A stretch of 64,000 nucleotides of DNA from Corallochytrium limacisporum Hawaii (Eukaryota > Protista > Pluriformea): NCBI GenBank assembly GCA_002811645.1, contig PDIP01000060.1:62001-126000 (forward strand), in the 5' to 3' direction. Shown one piece after another: positions 1-11,900 of the stretch. The position numbers were made by a program, and so were the translations under genes. Numbering within the stretch: the stretch's first letter is position 1; every line of letters starts with the position of its first letter. The notes below the pieces were generated by a model. That model was not told the origin of the DNA, ran no database searches, and saw nothing but the letters and a program-made list of their open reading frames with translations.

Positions 1-2152
1 CAGAACGGCGAGGGCTTGGCTCGCGTGGATGCTTAGGGTCAAGGCCAGCCAGGCCACGGTCCATGCGAGAACTATTGTACAGGGAAGTCCAGGTGGTGGG
101 CTTCTTGTAGAACTTCTTGGTGGTCGAAGACCAGACAAGCAGGAAGATGGGGGCAGGGATCAGCAAGGGAGCAGCAACGGGCATCTCCTTGATACCAAGC
201 ACACCAATCATAGTCAGCTCGGCAATGAACATGGCCGCAACCATTCGATCAAACATTACGGGCCAGAGAGTACCACCAGCGTCGTACAGAGGAATATTGA
301 CAAACATAGCCTGGTTGCGCCAGACAAAGAAGTTGATCAGGAAGTACAGACCGCTAATGAGAATCATCAGAGGGGCAATGGGGGCGTAGACGGCGAAGAA
401 GATAAAATAGAGCAAGAAGTCGCTCAGTACGGTACCGTAGGGGATGGGACCGGGTTCGGTGGCGGCCTTGCGTCCAAATTCAGTCTTGGCCATCTTGAGC
501 TTAATGTTGCCAATGATCAGATCCCCGAGACGAAGCAGCTCCATGGGAGTCTTAGCCAGAGCAGCCAGGAGGGTCAAATTAATAAAGGTGGAGGCCTGAC
601 TCGGCAGGGACTCGGCCAGAGTTTCCACGATGGACGTAGGGTCGTCAATGATGGCGTTGATCTCGCTCAGGACAGAACCAGCCAGGGTAGTGATAAGGAA
701 CACGTTGAACACGGAGAAGATGTACACCTTGCTCACAGTGCCGCGGTCCAGGTCAGAGTTGCGGAAGACACCTTCTTGGTGAGTGAGTGCCTTCATCATC
801 GGGGGTAGGAAGGCAAAGAAGATGATCAAAGCGAGTGATGGCAAGAAACCTTCAAGGAAACCCTTAACGACGGGACTAGCGTTCGCAACGTCCTCCAGGA
901 AGGGTAGGCGCTCGCTGAGGGACTCCAGAGTGGTCAGTGAGGACACAAAGGTAATGGGAATGGTGTAGAACAACACGATGGCAGCCACGACGGTGCCCAC
1001 AACGCATTTGCGAATCTGTCGCGATTTCAGGTTAATCTGCAGGTTTTTCCAGTTCACATCCCGGACTTCGGGGGCGGGGCTAGCAAAGTAGTTGAAGGCT
1101 GTGTCCTCCATCACAGCCTGACCAGCACAGGCGGCGGCAACATAGCTCTTGAATGTGATGAAGGCGGCAGGAACGGCAAGCTCGCCTTTCTCGGCAGCAG
1201 TGCGATCCTCCTTCAGAAGCTCGGCGACCATTTCGTCCTCCTTCTCACACCATTCCAGAGTGTCCACCTGTTCACCGCACAATCCTAAGAATCCAAGCTT
1301 GTGCCTCATGCGGGTACCCTCCCGATCCATTTGGGCCTCAGCCTCAACACGCTTCAGTCCGGCCTTATCGCGACGCTCCATGAGATCAAAGAATTGGCGC
1401 AGGTCACGTACCATGTAGACAGCCTCGACCTCTCCGGGGAAAACGGCATCCATACGACGGGTCAGCCATTCTTTGTCGCCGACGCGGTCTGCCGGGATAT
1501 CGGTGAGCAGGATGCTTGTGGAGTGAGGACGAGGGCGAAGAGAGTCCTGCTGTTTGTAGCTCAAGTACCAGCGCCATTCGTTGGAACAGAGGACAATGAA
1601 AACAATCAGATTGTAGTAGGTGACAATGAAATGGGCCCACAGGGATGGATCACCGGAGGCCACGTTGGCCATACTCAGCCTGTCAAAGTCCCCTACGTCA
1701 TTATCACCAGTGACATTAATGGGGATTAGGATGATAAAGTCAACCACGAACCAGGCCACCGCCAGACGCAAGCAGAGCTTCAGGAAGCGGCTCATCATGG
1801 TGATATCCATACCATAATTCTTGAATAGAGTGTCATCGTCGGTTAAGCAGACCAATTTGATCCACTCGAGCAGATTCTTGCCTTCCGGAGCCTTAATGCC
1901 CTTGCGCTCCATGTACTGTGATCGTTCATCCCGAGGGTAGTAGGTCTTTGGGTACTTGGGTCTTAAGATGAGAACCGCAATGACCACAATAATAGCAATG
2001 GCACCGTTAATCACCAGGGACGTTAGAAATGAGTCCAGCGAGTTAGAGGTGGAGGCGTCATCCACGTCACCAGGCTGTGTCTGGCCCATGGAACCCATGG
2101 GACCGAACAGGGCCAAGGCTGCTGTTGCCAGCGGAAGATTGACCCGAAGCAT
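1..2152 (-). CDS. OSCA/TMEM63/CSC1-family mechanosensitive cation channel (3' end outside the window)
   Basis: Not in the ORF track (no stop inside the window). Manual translation from ATG 2152: MLRVNLPLATAALALFG...SFLTSLVINGAIAIIVVIAVLILRPKYPKTYYPR (TM0 region). The same frame gives PAPEVRDVNWKNL (~1075-1040; APEPxDVxWxNL family motif) and YDAGGTLWPVMFDRM (~290-245; YESGGxxWP motif). Frame checked as consistent at several points. Confidence 0.92.
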   Translation of the reverse strand, partial: MLRVNLPLATAALALFGPMGSMGQTQPGDVDDASTSNSLDSFLTSLVINGAIAIIVVIAVLILRPKYPKTYYPRDERSQYMERKGIKAPEGKNLLEWIKLVCLTDDDTLFKNYGMDITMMSRFLKLCLRLAVAWFVVDFIILIPINVTGDNDVGDFDRLSMANVASGDPSLWAHFIVTYYNLIVFIVLCSNEWRWYLSYKQQDSLRPRPHSTSILLTDIPADRVGDKEWLTRRMDAVFPGEVEAVYMVRDLRQFFDLMERRDKAGLKRVEAEAQMDREGTRMRHKLGFLGLCGEQVDTLEWCEKEDEMVAELLKEDRTAAEKGELAVPAAFITFKSYVAAACAGQAVMEDTAFNYFASPAPEVRDVNWKNLQINLKSRQIRKCVVGTVVAAIVLFYTIPITFVSSLTTLESLSERLPFLEDVANASPVVKGFLEGFLPSLALIIFFAFLPPMMKALTHQEGVFRNSDLDRGTVSKVYIFSVFNVFLITTLAGSVLSEINAIIDDPTSIVETLAESLPSQASTFINLTLLAALAKTPMELLRLGDLIIGNIKLKMAKTEFGRKAATEPGPIPYGTVLSDFLLYFIFFAVYAPIAPLMILISGLYFLINFFVWRNQAMFVNIPLYDAGGTLWPVMFDRMVAAMFIAELTMIGVLGIKEMPVAAPLLIPAPIFLLVWSSTTKKFYKKPTTWTSLYNSSRMDRGLAGLDPKHPREPSPRRS

Positions 2153-2647
2153 GGCGAAGAGCTGTGTAATTGGACTGCTTTGAACAGAAGCAAAAAGTAA
2201 CAGAACTTTGCTTCAAGGAGATCTTGGAGCCAAGTCTCTCTGTCTTCAAGGGTCGGGTGTACAACGAACTTGCTGCCCTACGACTTCTTAATTCCTTTCG
2301 GAGTTTTGTACTACTCTTATTACCTTCCCTCACATACATTATTCTTAAGTTGCCTACATGTACCTTCCCTTGATCCTCATTCGGAGAGAACAGCTATTGG
2401 TGTTAAGCCGTGTTGCGTTCTCACAACAAATTCTCTATTCCATTCACCAGAGTGGGCGCTCGGGCAATGTCATGTTCTTGTGATTCTCGATACATCTCCT
2501 TGTGGAGTCTTCGGTACAGCGATCGTATCACTGCTTCTGCACAGGGGGCGACACTCTGGGCAAACTCGTCCACCCAAAAAAAAAAATAAGGGAAAAGGAA
2601 AGAACCCACCCAAAGATAAAAAAGTGCAGGTTCGGTCAGCACCTGTC

Positions 2648-2726
2648 CTCTCTCTCTCTCTCTCTCTCTCCCACTCACCCGAAACCCTCCCGTCCCGACC
2701 CTTCTCCCTTTTCTCTTCCCTACCTC

Positions 2727-2766
<40 letters not shown>
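2648..2766 (+). repeat. (CT)n microsatellites (2648-2670 and 2731-2766) in a pyrimidine-rich block upstream of the OSCA gene
   Basis: Directly visible perfect CT runs. Confidence 0.95.
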
Positions 2767-2768
<2 letters not shown>

Positions 2769-3742
2769 CTTCTCCCGTCACGCACGCTCTTTGTGCCTTG
2801 TGCTTTTTGGGAACGGGACTTTGAAACCCTTCCCCCCCGGGGGGCCCTCCTTCGCTTCTTGAGGTCGTTGCAACTTTGTGTGATGGTGTCCACTGATGCG
2901 TATACCCACTGGCGACACTACCATATTAATTGTTTTGTACTCCTTATGCTAAATGTATATAAGACATTGGAATAGTCAGAGGTACGTTGGGCATCCTACC
3001 CACAATATGAACCCGCGGTGGGTTGGGCAAGAACTGGCTGAGGGAACCGCGGGGTTGTATGAACAAAAATTTCAAGGAACGAACCACCCAGCCACCCCAA
3101 CACCCAAAGAACCCAGGGCGCAGGCTCAAAAGAGGATAATGGAATTGGGCGCGGCGGGGACTTAAAATACGGCCCTCTCTCTCTCTCTCCTTCCCCCTTC
3201 CTTGCTATTTTTTTCTTTTCCTTTCTTTCCTTCCTTCTTCCTTTTCGTTTCTTTCTAGTGTCCATCCCCCCCCCCCTTCTCCCTGCTGCTTCTGCGTTGA
3301 ACCGTCCCTCGCCTTCTTCCCCCCCCCTCCCCCGCGGGGGCCGGGGGGCCCTGGGTCTCCTTCTCTTGTTCTGGTCCTGGCTCCTGCACCTCTCGCCTTA
3401 AAAAAAAAAGGAATGTATCCTTTGGGACAGGGCTTTTTAAAGTGTTTCATTTCCTTCGTTTTCTTTCGTACTTTCGTCGCGCTTGCTCTCTCTCTCTCTC
3501 TCTCCTCCCGGGGTTCTCCCCCTATGTTTTTTAGTGGGTCTGTCTTGGTTGAGGAGCTCCTCTCACTCTGGACTCTTCACTCTCTCTTTCTCTCCCCATT
3601 CCGTGGAAGGGTCCAGAATGAAGAAGAAGGGAAAAAGAATGAAGGAGAGTCGAAATACATACAAATTAAAGGGGAGAAGGGGAGCCAAGAACTCGGAAAC
3701 ACGAGGTCCAGGTTTCAAATTGAGCGGGAGTCAGCAACTTGG

Positions 3743-3788
3743 CCCTTCCCCTCATGGTCGCTTGCCCCTTCCCCTCATGGTCGCTTGC
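3743..3788 (+). repeat. 23-bp tandem duplication (CCCTTCCCCTCATGGTCGCTTGC x2)
   Basis: Two adjacent identical copies at 3743-3765 and 3766-3788. Confidence 0.9.
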
Positions 3789-6700
3789 CCCTCCCCCCCG
3801 AGGCACAAACGTTCTTCGCTATGATTCAGCAAAAAACACCATCGTATCCATTATTATATCAGTACATTGGGTAGGAAATGCGACTACGTGAAGGACACCA
3901 GCACCACCACTAATGAGGAAGCACGAGCCACGTTTCGTTGCCCATTGTCCCGTGTTGGCCTGGGACCTTTCCATCCTCGTGTTTACAAAACAAACGGATT
4001 GGTGGCCGCTGTTCCATGGTCTGCATAGGTACATTATGTATTGGTTCGCTTGAAACAGAAGACCCACCTTGGACACCGATGAACAAAACCTGCCCCGCGG
4101 TCACCAAAATACGGCAACTGTCGATTTAAAAATTTTGTCAGTGTCGTTGGCACCACTCGTCGAGGATCTGCCACTACCACAGCCTGCCCCCGCCGGGTTC
4201 ACCATAGTGTAAGTACGTTCTGTCAATTCCAGTTGCCGTCAATTGTTTCCATTTTTCTCGTTGCTTTGGCCCCATGCAAAGGAATTCGAAGCCGTTCCGG
4301 GCTGTCCGTCGACGGGGAACGGAAAACTCTATAATTCTCGTACATTCACTATTCAAAATCACATCGAAGCATGAGAGCAGACGTCCATCCCCCCGGCCCC
4401 CCCCGGGGGGGGGGGGGTCTTGAAGCCAGAGCAAACTGCAAAAACCTGTCGTTGGGGTGGTACGTCGCTCGATCAATCCTTCGCGGAGCCGTTCCTCTTT
4501 TGGGTACTCCGTCAATGGCTACATTTGACCAACGGCGAGGGGTTACAGCCGTTACCCCGGGGGAACAGGAGAGACTCCACGAAAACATACGGACGCTCCG
4601 TCGTTGGTTTCCTTATTCCTGCATCTAACGTGGAAATGGACTCCCCCGATCGATGGCAACACAAAGGAACAAAATAACCTAATCAAAAGAGAAGAGAAGG
4701 AAACCATGGGGAAGGAAGGGGATGGAGAAGGCCCCGGGGGAGGGGAATCCGGCACACAGAGCTTTGGCTGTTTTGTTGTCGGTCTTGTCTGCCTTCGGCG
4801 GTGATGAATGTACGGGAGAAGTACAGCAGCAGCGAGGTGTCTGAAACGATTTCTTACTCCCCAGTGTGGCGAAAAAGCGTGGTTTGTATTTGGCCGCTCT
4901 CTATGTTTTATCCGTCCGGGCCGTCCGGTCCCCGGGAGGGGCGTTCCCGGGGAACCGAACCAGAGAGTTCCTTATTTTGCAATGCAAGAAACAAACTTGG
5001 ACGTCGGATCTCTCTTCGATGATGCCCGTTTCTTTTTTACTACTCCCGGTGCACCGGGCAGCAACACTATGATACCACCCAAACAATTTCGCCCTTTTAC
5101 AAAATGTGCCAAATTAGCCAATTGTCCAGATAGCAAAATAAGACCCGATCGCTTGGAGAGGTTCCGGGAGAAGGGGTCGGGCGCTTGTTCTTCGCGAGGT
5201 TGGAGGAGGGGGGTAAAGGAAGCGGTGCTAATGACCCGGGCTTCTGTCATCGATTCTTCTCCAGGGGATTATGATATACATGGGCTTGGACGTAGTGGAT
5301 AAGGCACGTGGTACACACATTATTCGCTGGCCGACACAAAATACAGATATTGACTAAGGGAGCACCCCCCCCTTCCCCAAACACCGGGCCGATAGGCAAG
5401 AAAAATGAAGCGGCAGAGTGGTGTGTGTCTTGCTATTCGCTGCTCTCCATCGCGGTACCCCTCCCCTAGCACACACTCCAAAAAGTAAAGTTTCAGTTTC
5501 TATTGAGAAGAGCGAAGGAAAAGGAAAGAGAGAGTAGCACCACGAAGAACATCCGATAGGGAACATGGATTTTTGGGGGGGGGGGGACAGAGCCAGAAAA
5601 ACTGGTACAGTTGAGGAAAGAGAGCGAGAAATTACCAAGGCCCGCCAATGCGACAGGGAAAAAGAGGAGCGAGGAACAGTGGGGTTGCTGGGGTGCCTGC
5701 GCCCTGACGGAGAGGAAAGACTAAAATACAAAGTGGGATAGAAAACAGGACCGTAGCAAAAAAAGTAAGGGAAAAATCGCTGTCGGAACCTGCCGGCTGC
5801 CCGTTGTGTGCTGCTGCTGCCACACGCTCTCTGGCTCTCCTACCCAATTCACCCTCCCCGGCCCTCTAGTCTGACAGGGCCAACAAAAATTCGGTAGCTG
5901 GACGAGGGGAGCGCGTTGGATTGACTTCCGTGGCCGATAACTTTGGGCTCCTTCCTTTCTTTTTGCAGTTTGTCATCTTCTGCTACATTCGCTGAGTTGA
6001 TTTTATATGGAAAAGTAAGGCTGCTGGCGAGTGTTCTTCGTCGTTCCTTCGCTCCTGCTGGTGTAGCCGCGGCTCTCTCTCACGCTTTGCCCTTCCATCC
6101 CAATCCGTCAAACTCGGGGCCCACAACTTGTAATACTTTGAGTATGAGTACCAGACGACTTGGTTCCTATTTAGCAAGAAAAACTTGTGAGCACGGGCTT
6201 GTTCTTCCTTTCTTCTACTTTCTCGATCGTGGAAAATAGGCCCCGAAGAAAATACATGCCGGCCCCCTTTTTTCTTTACCCCGCATTCCCTGTCCTTCCT
6301 TCGATGCTCGCGACCTTCTTCTTCCGTTTCGTTTGGTTCCTGGTGGCCTGCCGAAACCTTCAGGATCGGGCAGCCAAGCGTGTGTTTTTTTGTTCGAATG
6401 AAGGATGACATAATCTAAAAAAACAGTTTATTGAGTACTGACACCGGGACCGCTGGCAGATCTATCTCTCTCTCGCGATCGCCCTCTCTCCCGAAAAAAA
6501 TTCTTCAATGCTCCTCCAGGGTGCGCCATGGGATGGAAGCGAACAAAACTCCCAACACACGCACAGAGACACACACACACCCATGTGTAAGGAGCAAAAT
6601 ACACTATTGGTTGCTGAGTAGCCCTCCTCTTTCGTTGTCATCGATCTCTCCTTTGGGGGGGGTGTTCCACCGCCCCCCTCTTTGTCTCTGCCGAGCTACC

Positions 6701-7577
6701 GGAGCAGAGGGCCCTGGGAGAGCAGGGTGATGTCGAAAACCTCACTTCCGGGAAGCGCGGGCCTCCCCACCCAAAAAACTCGGCCTTGTACAGTAGTGAA
6801 TATAGCAACCGCTCCGTTGGTCTTGCTTGGGGTCGAAGGGTGTGTGTGTGTGTGTATGCTGGAGACACCCAGGTCCAGATCTTCGGGAGCGCTGCGAACG
6901 AAAGTGCCGGGTTCGAACGCGCGGCATGATCCTACTTGGATTGCTGTTGAGTTGGACGGAGATGAGCATTCCATTGCCCAAGTTGAGAATCTGATATTTG
7001 CATGGTAACGGACCATGGTCAAACCCCGTTTGAGATGAAGTATGACGATGATCGTGAACAGCTAGGTGGCATCTATGAATGGCTAACTGAGAGACTCGGT
7101 GCTCACCGTCTGCCTTCGGATCCTCCGCATGTCGCGATCATGGTACTGCCTTTAAGTAAGATCCCTGGCGAAGCTGGCATTTCATTCGACACGCTGCATA
7201 CTGGACTGAGGAAAGGCGCGCAATATCCAACAGCTGACTGGCTAATCATGCTTCGTTACCCCAGTGCCCTGTGATGATAATCAATATTAAACGATTTTTG
7301 ATCAATATCCGAACGGGGCGCGGGAAGAGAGTGGGTCTCTCGAGTTGGCTTTTCCGCTCGTTTGTGTATACAATGATCCACCGGGTACGTGAGACCCGTG
7401 GTCTCAAAGCACCCTGTGGAGGGTCGTGATGTTTAGCGTGTTGCTATTTACGGAAAATCAGATGTCATTTTGCGCACTGTACACTAGATCCAAGGATGAA
7501 GTCGCGTGAATATTGGACAAGGACAAGCTAAAGTTTTAGGGAAGTCCGTCCGGACGATCAAATCAAACAAGAGCAGT

Positions 7578-8783
7578 ATGACAACCACAGAATCACAACA
7601 GAGCAGGACGGAAGCCCTGTGGTGTGCGGTCAAGTTATCAACGGCAGCGTGCGCACAGCTGGGAATTTGTGTTATATTAATGTGTCTGTTCCTTGCACTC
7701 AGGGGCACTGAAGGGAATGCACTGACACAACGAAGTCCGATGAATCCGTGGCTGATAGTTGTCGTTCAGGCAATATGGGCAATTTTGGCACTTGCGCTAA
7801 CGGAAGTAACGGAGACCATTCTGCCATCCAAACCTTTGCGTACCGACCAAGCAAAGGACCACCAGCAGAATCTGCGGGCAGACTCTGCGGTGGACATCTT
7901 TGCTAATGCACTCACCTCGGACGAGGATGCTACCGACAGCTTACCCAGACTCTCAAAATTTCGAAGAATGTTCCGCACTGTGGTCATTCTAGCTGCCACA
8001 CTACAGATACTGACACCGTTGATCCGATCATACACAGCATCGGTAAGCCAGGACAGTGTGCTCTTCATGGCCAGCGCCGGCTTGGCCCTGTCCGTACTGG
8101 GACACGACTATCGTAGAGCAAGGCATCAATACAGCGTCAAACGCAGGCTTCGACACCTGGCCATCGAGATCGAAATCAATCCGCCGTCGCCTCTCATCAG
8201 CAGCGGGCCTTCCCACTCTTGTGCGAATGCCAACGGCGGCGGTGACGGTGCTGGCACGAAGGTTGTGGAAGCGGAGCCCATGCTGTCGTCGCACGGCACC
8301 TGGGCCACCAACGCTGCTCTGTTCGCATCCGTCACGCTTTCCTCGCGAATGCCGAGTGATCTGTCCGTGCAGGTCCTGCTCGTGGCGGCAATGTTGCTCT
8401 TCAGCTGGTTGCCGAATCTCCAGGACCAAGCCGTTGAGTTGCTAGCGTGGCTGTTCTGGTACAGGGTCAAGGACGGTGGAGTAGTTCGGCGGAACGGAAT
8501 CTATGGTTCTTTCGTCGCGACCTCGAGCAATGTCCGCTTTGTGATCAACGCCGCGATCTGTCTCGTCGCCCTGGCCATTGATGGGGTAACTTTTGTGGAG
8601 TACGGTTCCAGTAGCAGCAGTGGACAGGGCCTGACCGAAGAAAGTCCGATCCCAAGCCCTACAGTCCTGGCTGTCGCGTACGGTCTGACGATCACACTCA
8701 GTGCACTGTCCTGCGGCTTGCTGCACCCACACAAGCGCCGAATCTCCGGTCCATGGGACGAGGCGCTGCCGAAGTTTGATTGA
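7578..8783 (+). CDS. PIGC: Phosphatidylinositol N-acetylglucosaminyltransferase subunit C (PIG-C/GPI2)
   Basis: Multi-pass hydrophobic ORF with PIG-C motifs LTPLIRSYTASVSQDSV, TNAALFASVTLSSRM and C-terminal KRRISGPWDEA. First in-frame ATG is at 7578; the ORF track starts at GTG 7506, and there is an in-frame TGA at 7497. Confidence 0.88.
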   Translation: MTTTESQQSRTEALWCAVKLSTAACAQLGICVILMCLFLALRGTEGNALTQRSPMNPWLIVVVQAIWAILALALTEVTETILPSKPLRTDQAKDHQQNLRADSAVDIFANALTSDEDATDSLPRLSKFRRMFRTVVILAATLQILTPLIRSYTASVSQDSVLFMASAGLALSVLGHDYRRARHQYSVKRRLRHLAIEIEINPPSPLISSGPSHSCANANGGGDGAGTKVVEAEPMLSSHGTWATNAALFASVTLSSRMPSDLSVQVLLVAAMLLFSWLPNLQDQAVELLAWLFWYRVKDGGVVRRNGIYGSFVATSSNVRFVINAAICLVALAIDGVTFVEYGSSSSSGQGLTEESPIPSPTVLAVAYGLTITLSALSCGLLHPHKRRISGPWDEALPKFD

Positions 8784-8950
8784 GCCCCATTCACTTTACC
8801 CATGAACGTTGTAGGTGCCCCACTATGATTTAAAGTCTCAACAAAACCCGCATATGTAGTTGTGTCTATACTATTCAGAGGTCAATCTTTTCTATTGTGA
8901 TGTGGACGCTAGTCCAGTGTGTCACGTCAAGGGCGCAGACGTATCGTGCC

Positions 8951-11900
8951 TTATAGCAGACGCTGTGCCACAGTGCTCAGAAGGTCCATAAACTCCTCAA
9001 TCTGTGCCTTCGTCTGGAGGGCTCCAGGCCGCTCCTCGCGGATGCGAGCAACCGCTTCCGAAGGGTCGGCGACACCTTCGTACCGCCAGTGTTCAAGGAC
9101 CCAATGTGCGGCCGCCAGGACCGCAGCCGTGGGCGCTTCGCGCCCACCGTCAAGCAGGACGACGGGTCCGGCCCTGCTGTCGTCCTCGCAATCGTAGGGA
9201 ATGACCGAGTGGTTGTCGGCAAAGTGTTGGTCAATAAGGTTCACGGCGGCAGCCAGATGGCCACGCTCCTGGACCTCAAGGCCGATGGTAGCGCAGTGCT
9301 CTTGGGCGCGTTCGCCTTTGACGTCGAGCTCGTAGGTCTTCATGGTCTTTACACGGTTTCCCTTGGGGTATTCAGTGCTGGAGCCGATTCGCCGAAGAAG
9401 GACTTCGGTGGTGCCGTAGGTGTCCATCTCGCCCTCCGATTCGATTGGCATGAACGGCATCGAGCGATTGGCATTCTCCAGATCAATCAGGACACCGACC
9501 TGGACGTGCAGGAGGCCAGTCCACAGGGCTTTGGCCTCGCTTTCGTTCGCGGGAGCCTTGCAGACCACCACACGGTCAGTCTTAATCATACCAGGCATTA
9601 CAAAGCCGTGCATGAGCTCCTGGCTCTGTAACGCGTCTTGCAATGCAAGACGGTTCCTCTTCATGGGCATTGGACTGTCGTTGTACGATGAACTGGCCAG
9701 ACTGACATTGTACATTGAACGGGTCTCGTTCGGATCCCTCTGTGCATCCAGCATGATCTTCTCGCTGAGGTTCTTGCGCTGGCTGCGGCTGGAATGGAGC
9801 TTCAGGAACTTCTTAGCGCTCAGGTGGCTGGCCCGACGATTGTACGCATACATGAGTGCGTCGTATACAAAGACGTATTGTTCCTCCGTCTGTACCATCC
9901 ACGTGCGAGCGCGACGAAGTTCGCAAACGGTGTGGTAGACGTCAATGTTCTCGCCGTTACGCATGCGTTTTAGGTTCACGTCAATGGCAATCACCGTGCC
10001 TGTGCGACCCACACCGGCACTGCAGTGCACGACGATCGGTGCGTGCGCTTGAGCTTCAGTGCCCGTGGCCTGCAAGTGGTTGGCCATCCGGATCATGCTC
10101 AGGGCGCCACGGACTTCGTTGGGGACGCCATGATCGGGCCAATTGACGTAGGCGAGCTGGAAGAATTCACGAACCTCGCCCGTAGTCTCGTTGGTTACGT
10201 CAAATGTGCGCATAACAAAAACGTCAAAGTCATGTGTGTGCGTCCAGGTCACAGTGAATTCGTCGTAACGCTCGGTTAGCAGTTTGTCAGTGGGCCAGTA
10301 TCGATGACACTTGATGCGACCTCGCTCTTCCAGCTTGGTGACCATCATGACAACCCTGGTGTTCTCGTTCCAGCACATGCGCCAGAAATCACCGTAGGTG
10401 TTGGGCAGCGGTCCCTGCGCGGCAATGTAGTCCTGTGGAGACGTATAGCCGGGAATGTAACTCGCATTGATGTAGTCGCCCTTCTGGGCATGTGCATTGT
10501 GATGTTGATTGCCGGCGCTCGAGTCCGAGCTGCGTTCGCCATTGACAGAGACGGAGTACGGGGACCCGGCGGATTCCGCGCTGTCTTCCCGTTTAGCATT
10601 GATGACGGCGGCTGGTGGAATGAGCGTCTTTGGTGCGAGCGAGACACGCTTCGCATCGAATGGGATAATGTTACCGTAGCGATTCTTCGGCAAATTATGC
10701 TCCAGGGTCCCAATCTCGGCACTGTACTCGGCCTCAAAGTTTGGTAGGGCGTCAAATTCATCAGCGGCCTCCAGACAGCTGTCCTTCTTGAGCATGGCAT
10801 AGCGCTGTGGGAAGTCCTTGAGCGGAATCGGTGTCGGTTCCAGGCCACGGCCGTGGCGCGGGGTGCCGTCGACGGAGATGCCATTAAGCGGATATGTGGA
10901 TGTTGAGTTAGCGCTAAAGGCACTGGACGCCTTGCTCTTACGTTTGCGGACCACGAAGAACGACAGACCGGCCACCAGCACAACACCGCCCGCAATGCCA
11001 CCAATGATTGCAGCAATTGGGACAGAGTCACCGCCATCACCTTCCTGGGATGAACCTGAGCCTGACGTCGGTTGGGCCATGATGCCGGGCACATTCTCCT
11101 GCGCGAACTCGGCGGGTGTCAGACTCAAGTCCATAGTCCTGCCGTCCGCGGCCCTCGTTTGTCGTCTGCGACGGGTCTCCGCGTCCTCAGGCACTTCCTC
11201 GTCCTCAGGCACTTCCTCATCCTGCTGCACCTCCGAGTACCGCGCCAGAACAGAGAGTTTGATCGTCTCGTGGCGCGACAGATCGTTAATGTCAAAGCTG
11301 CACGTGGCATCAGTGGAGTTCTCACTCACAAGTGTCACTTCAACATTGGTCTCCACTGGAGTACCGGTCTCGCCTACCACAGTACACGAGACAATCGGTT
11401 CGGCAAAGCTGCCAATGGTGTTCGGGTAGGTGTAGCTAATGGTGTACTTGCCGGGACCGTCAGAGCTGAACTCTGAAGTGTTGTTGGCCAGGTGCACATT
11501 ACCTCCTTCCACGTTCTCCACGATGGCCTGCAGCTCATCACCAGAGTACACGGGTGCCGTGCACATGAGGTAGTCTACACTTCGAACCCCGTCTCCGGGA
11601 CAGTCTGAAAAGTACGGGATACCCAGCATCACGTCAGAATCAACATTATTCCATGGAACCGACGCGTCCTTGTTGCAAGTCGTCGTGATTTGACGATCCG
11701 TCAAAACATTGTCATTTGGCACGACGGCAAGAGAGGCGAAGCCGGAGCCCACTTCTGTAACAGTATCGTTGCCATAACCAATACCGATGGAGCCATCTTT
11801 TTCAATGTACAGGGTTGCCGTCGTGTCGCCCAACATGGACTGCTGGGGGGCACAACCTCTGCCAACTACATCGACATTCTCCTGAATGCCTGGAATGGGG

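Noticed and set aside
29-808. 259-aa plus-strand ORF and neighbouring plus-strand ORFs to 2183
   Set aside because: Antisense shadows of the OSCA/TMEM63 gene on the minus strand.
6895-6930. B-box/T-arm-like GGTTCGAAC suggesting a tRNA
   Set aside because: No acceptor, D or anticodon arms could be folded around it.
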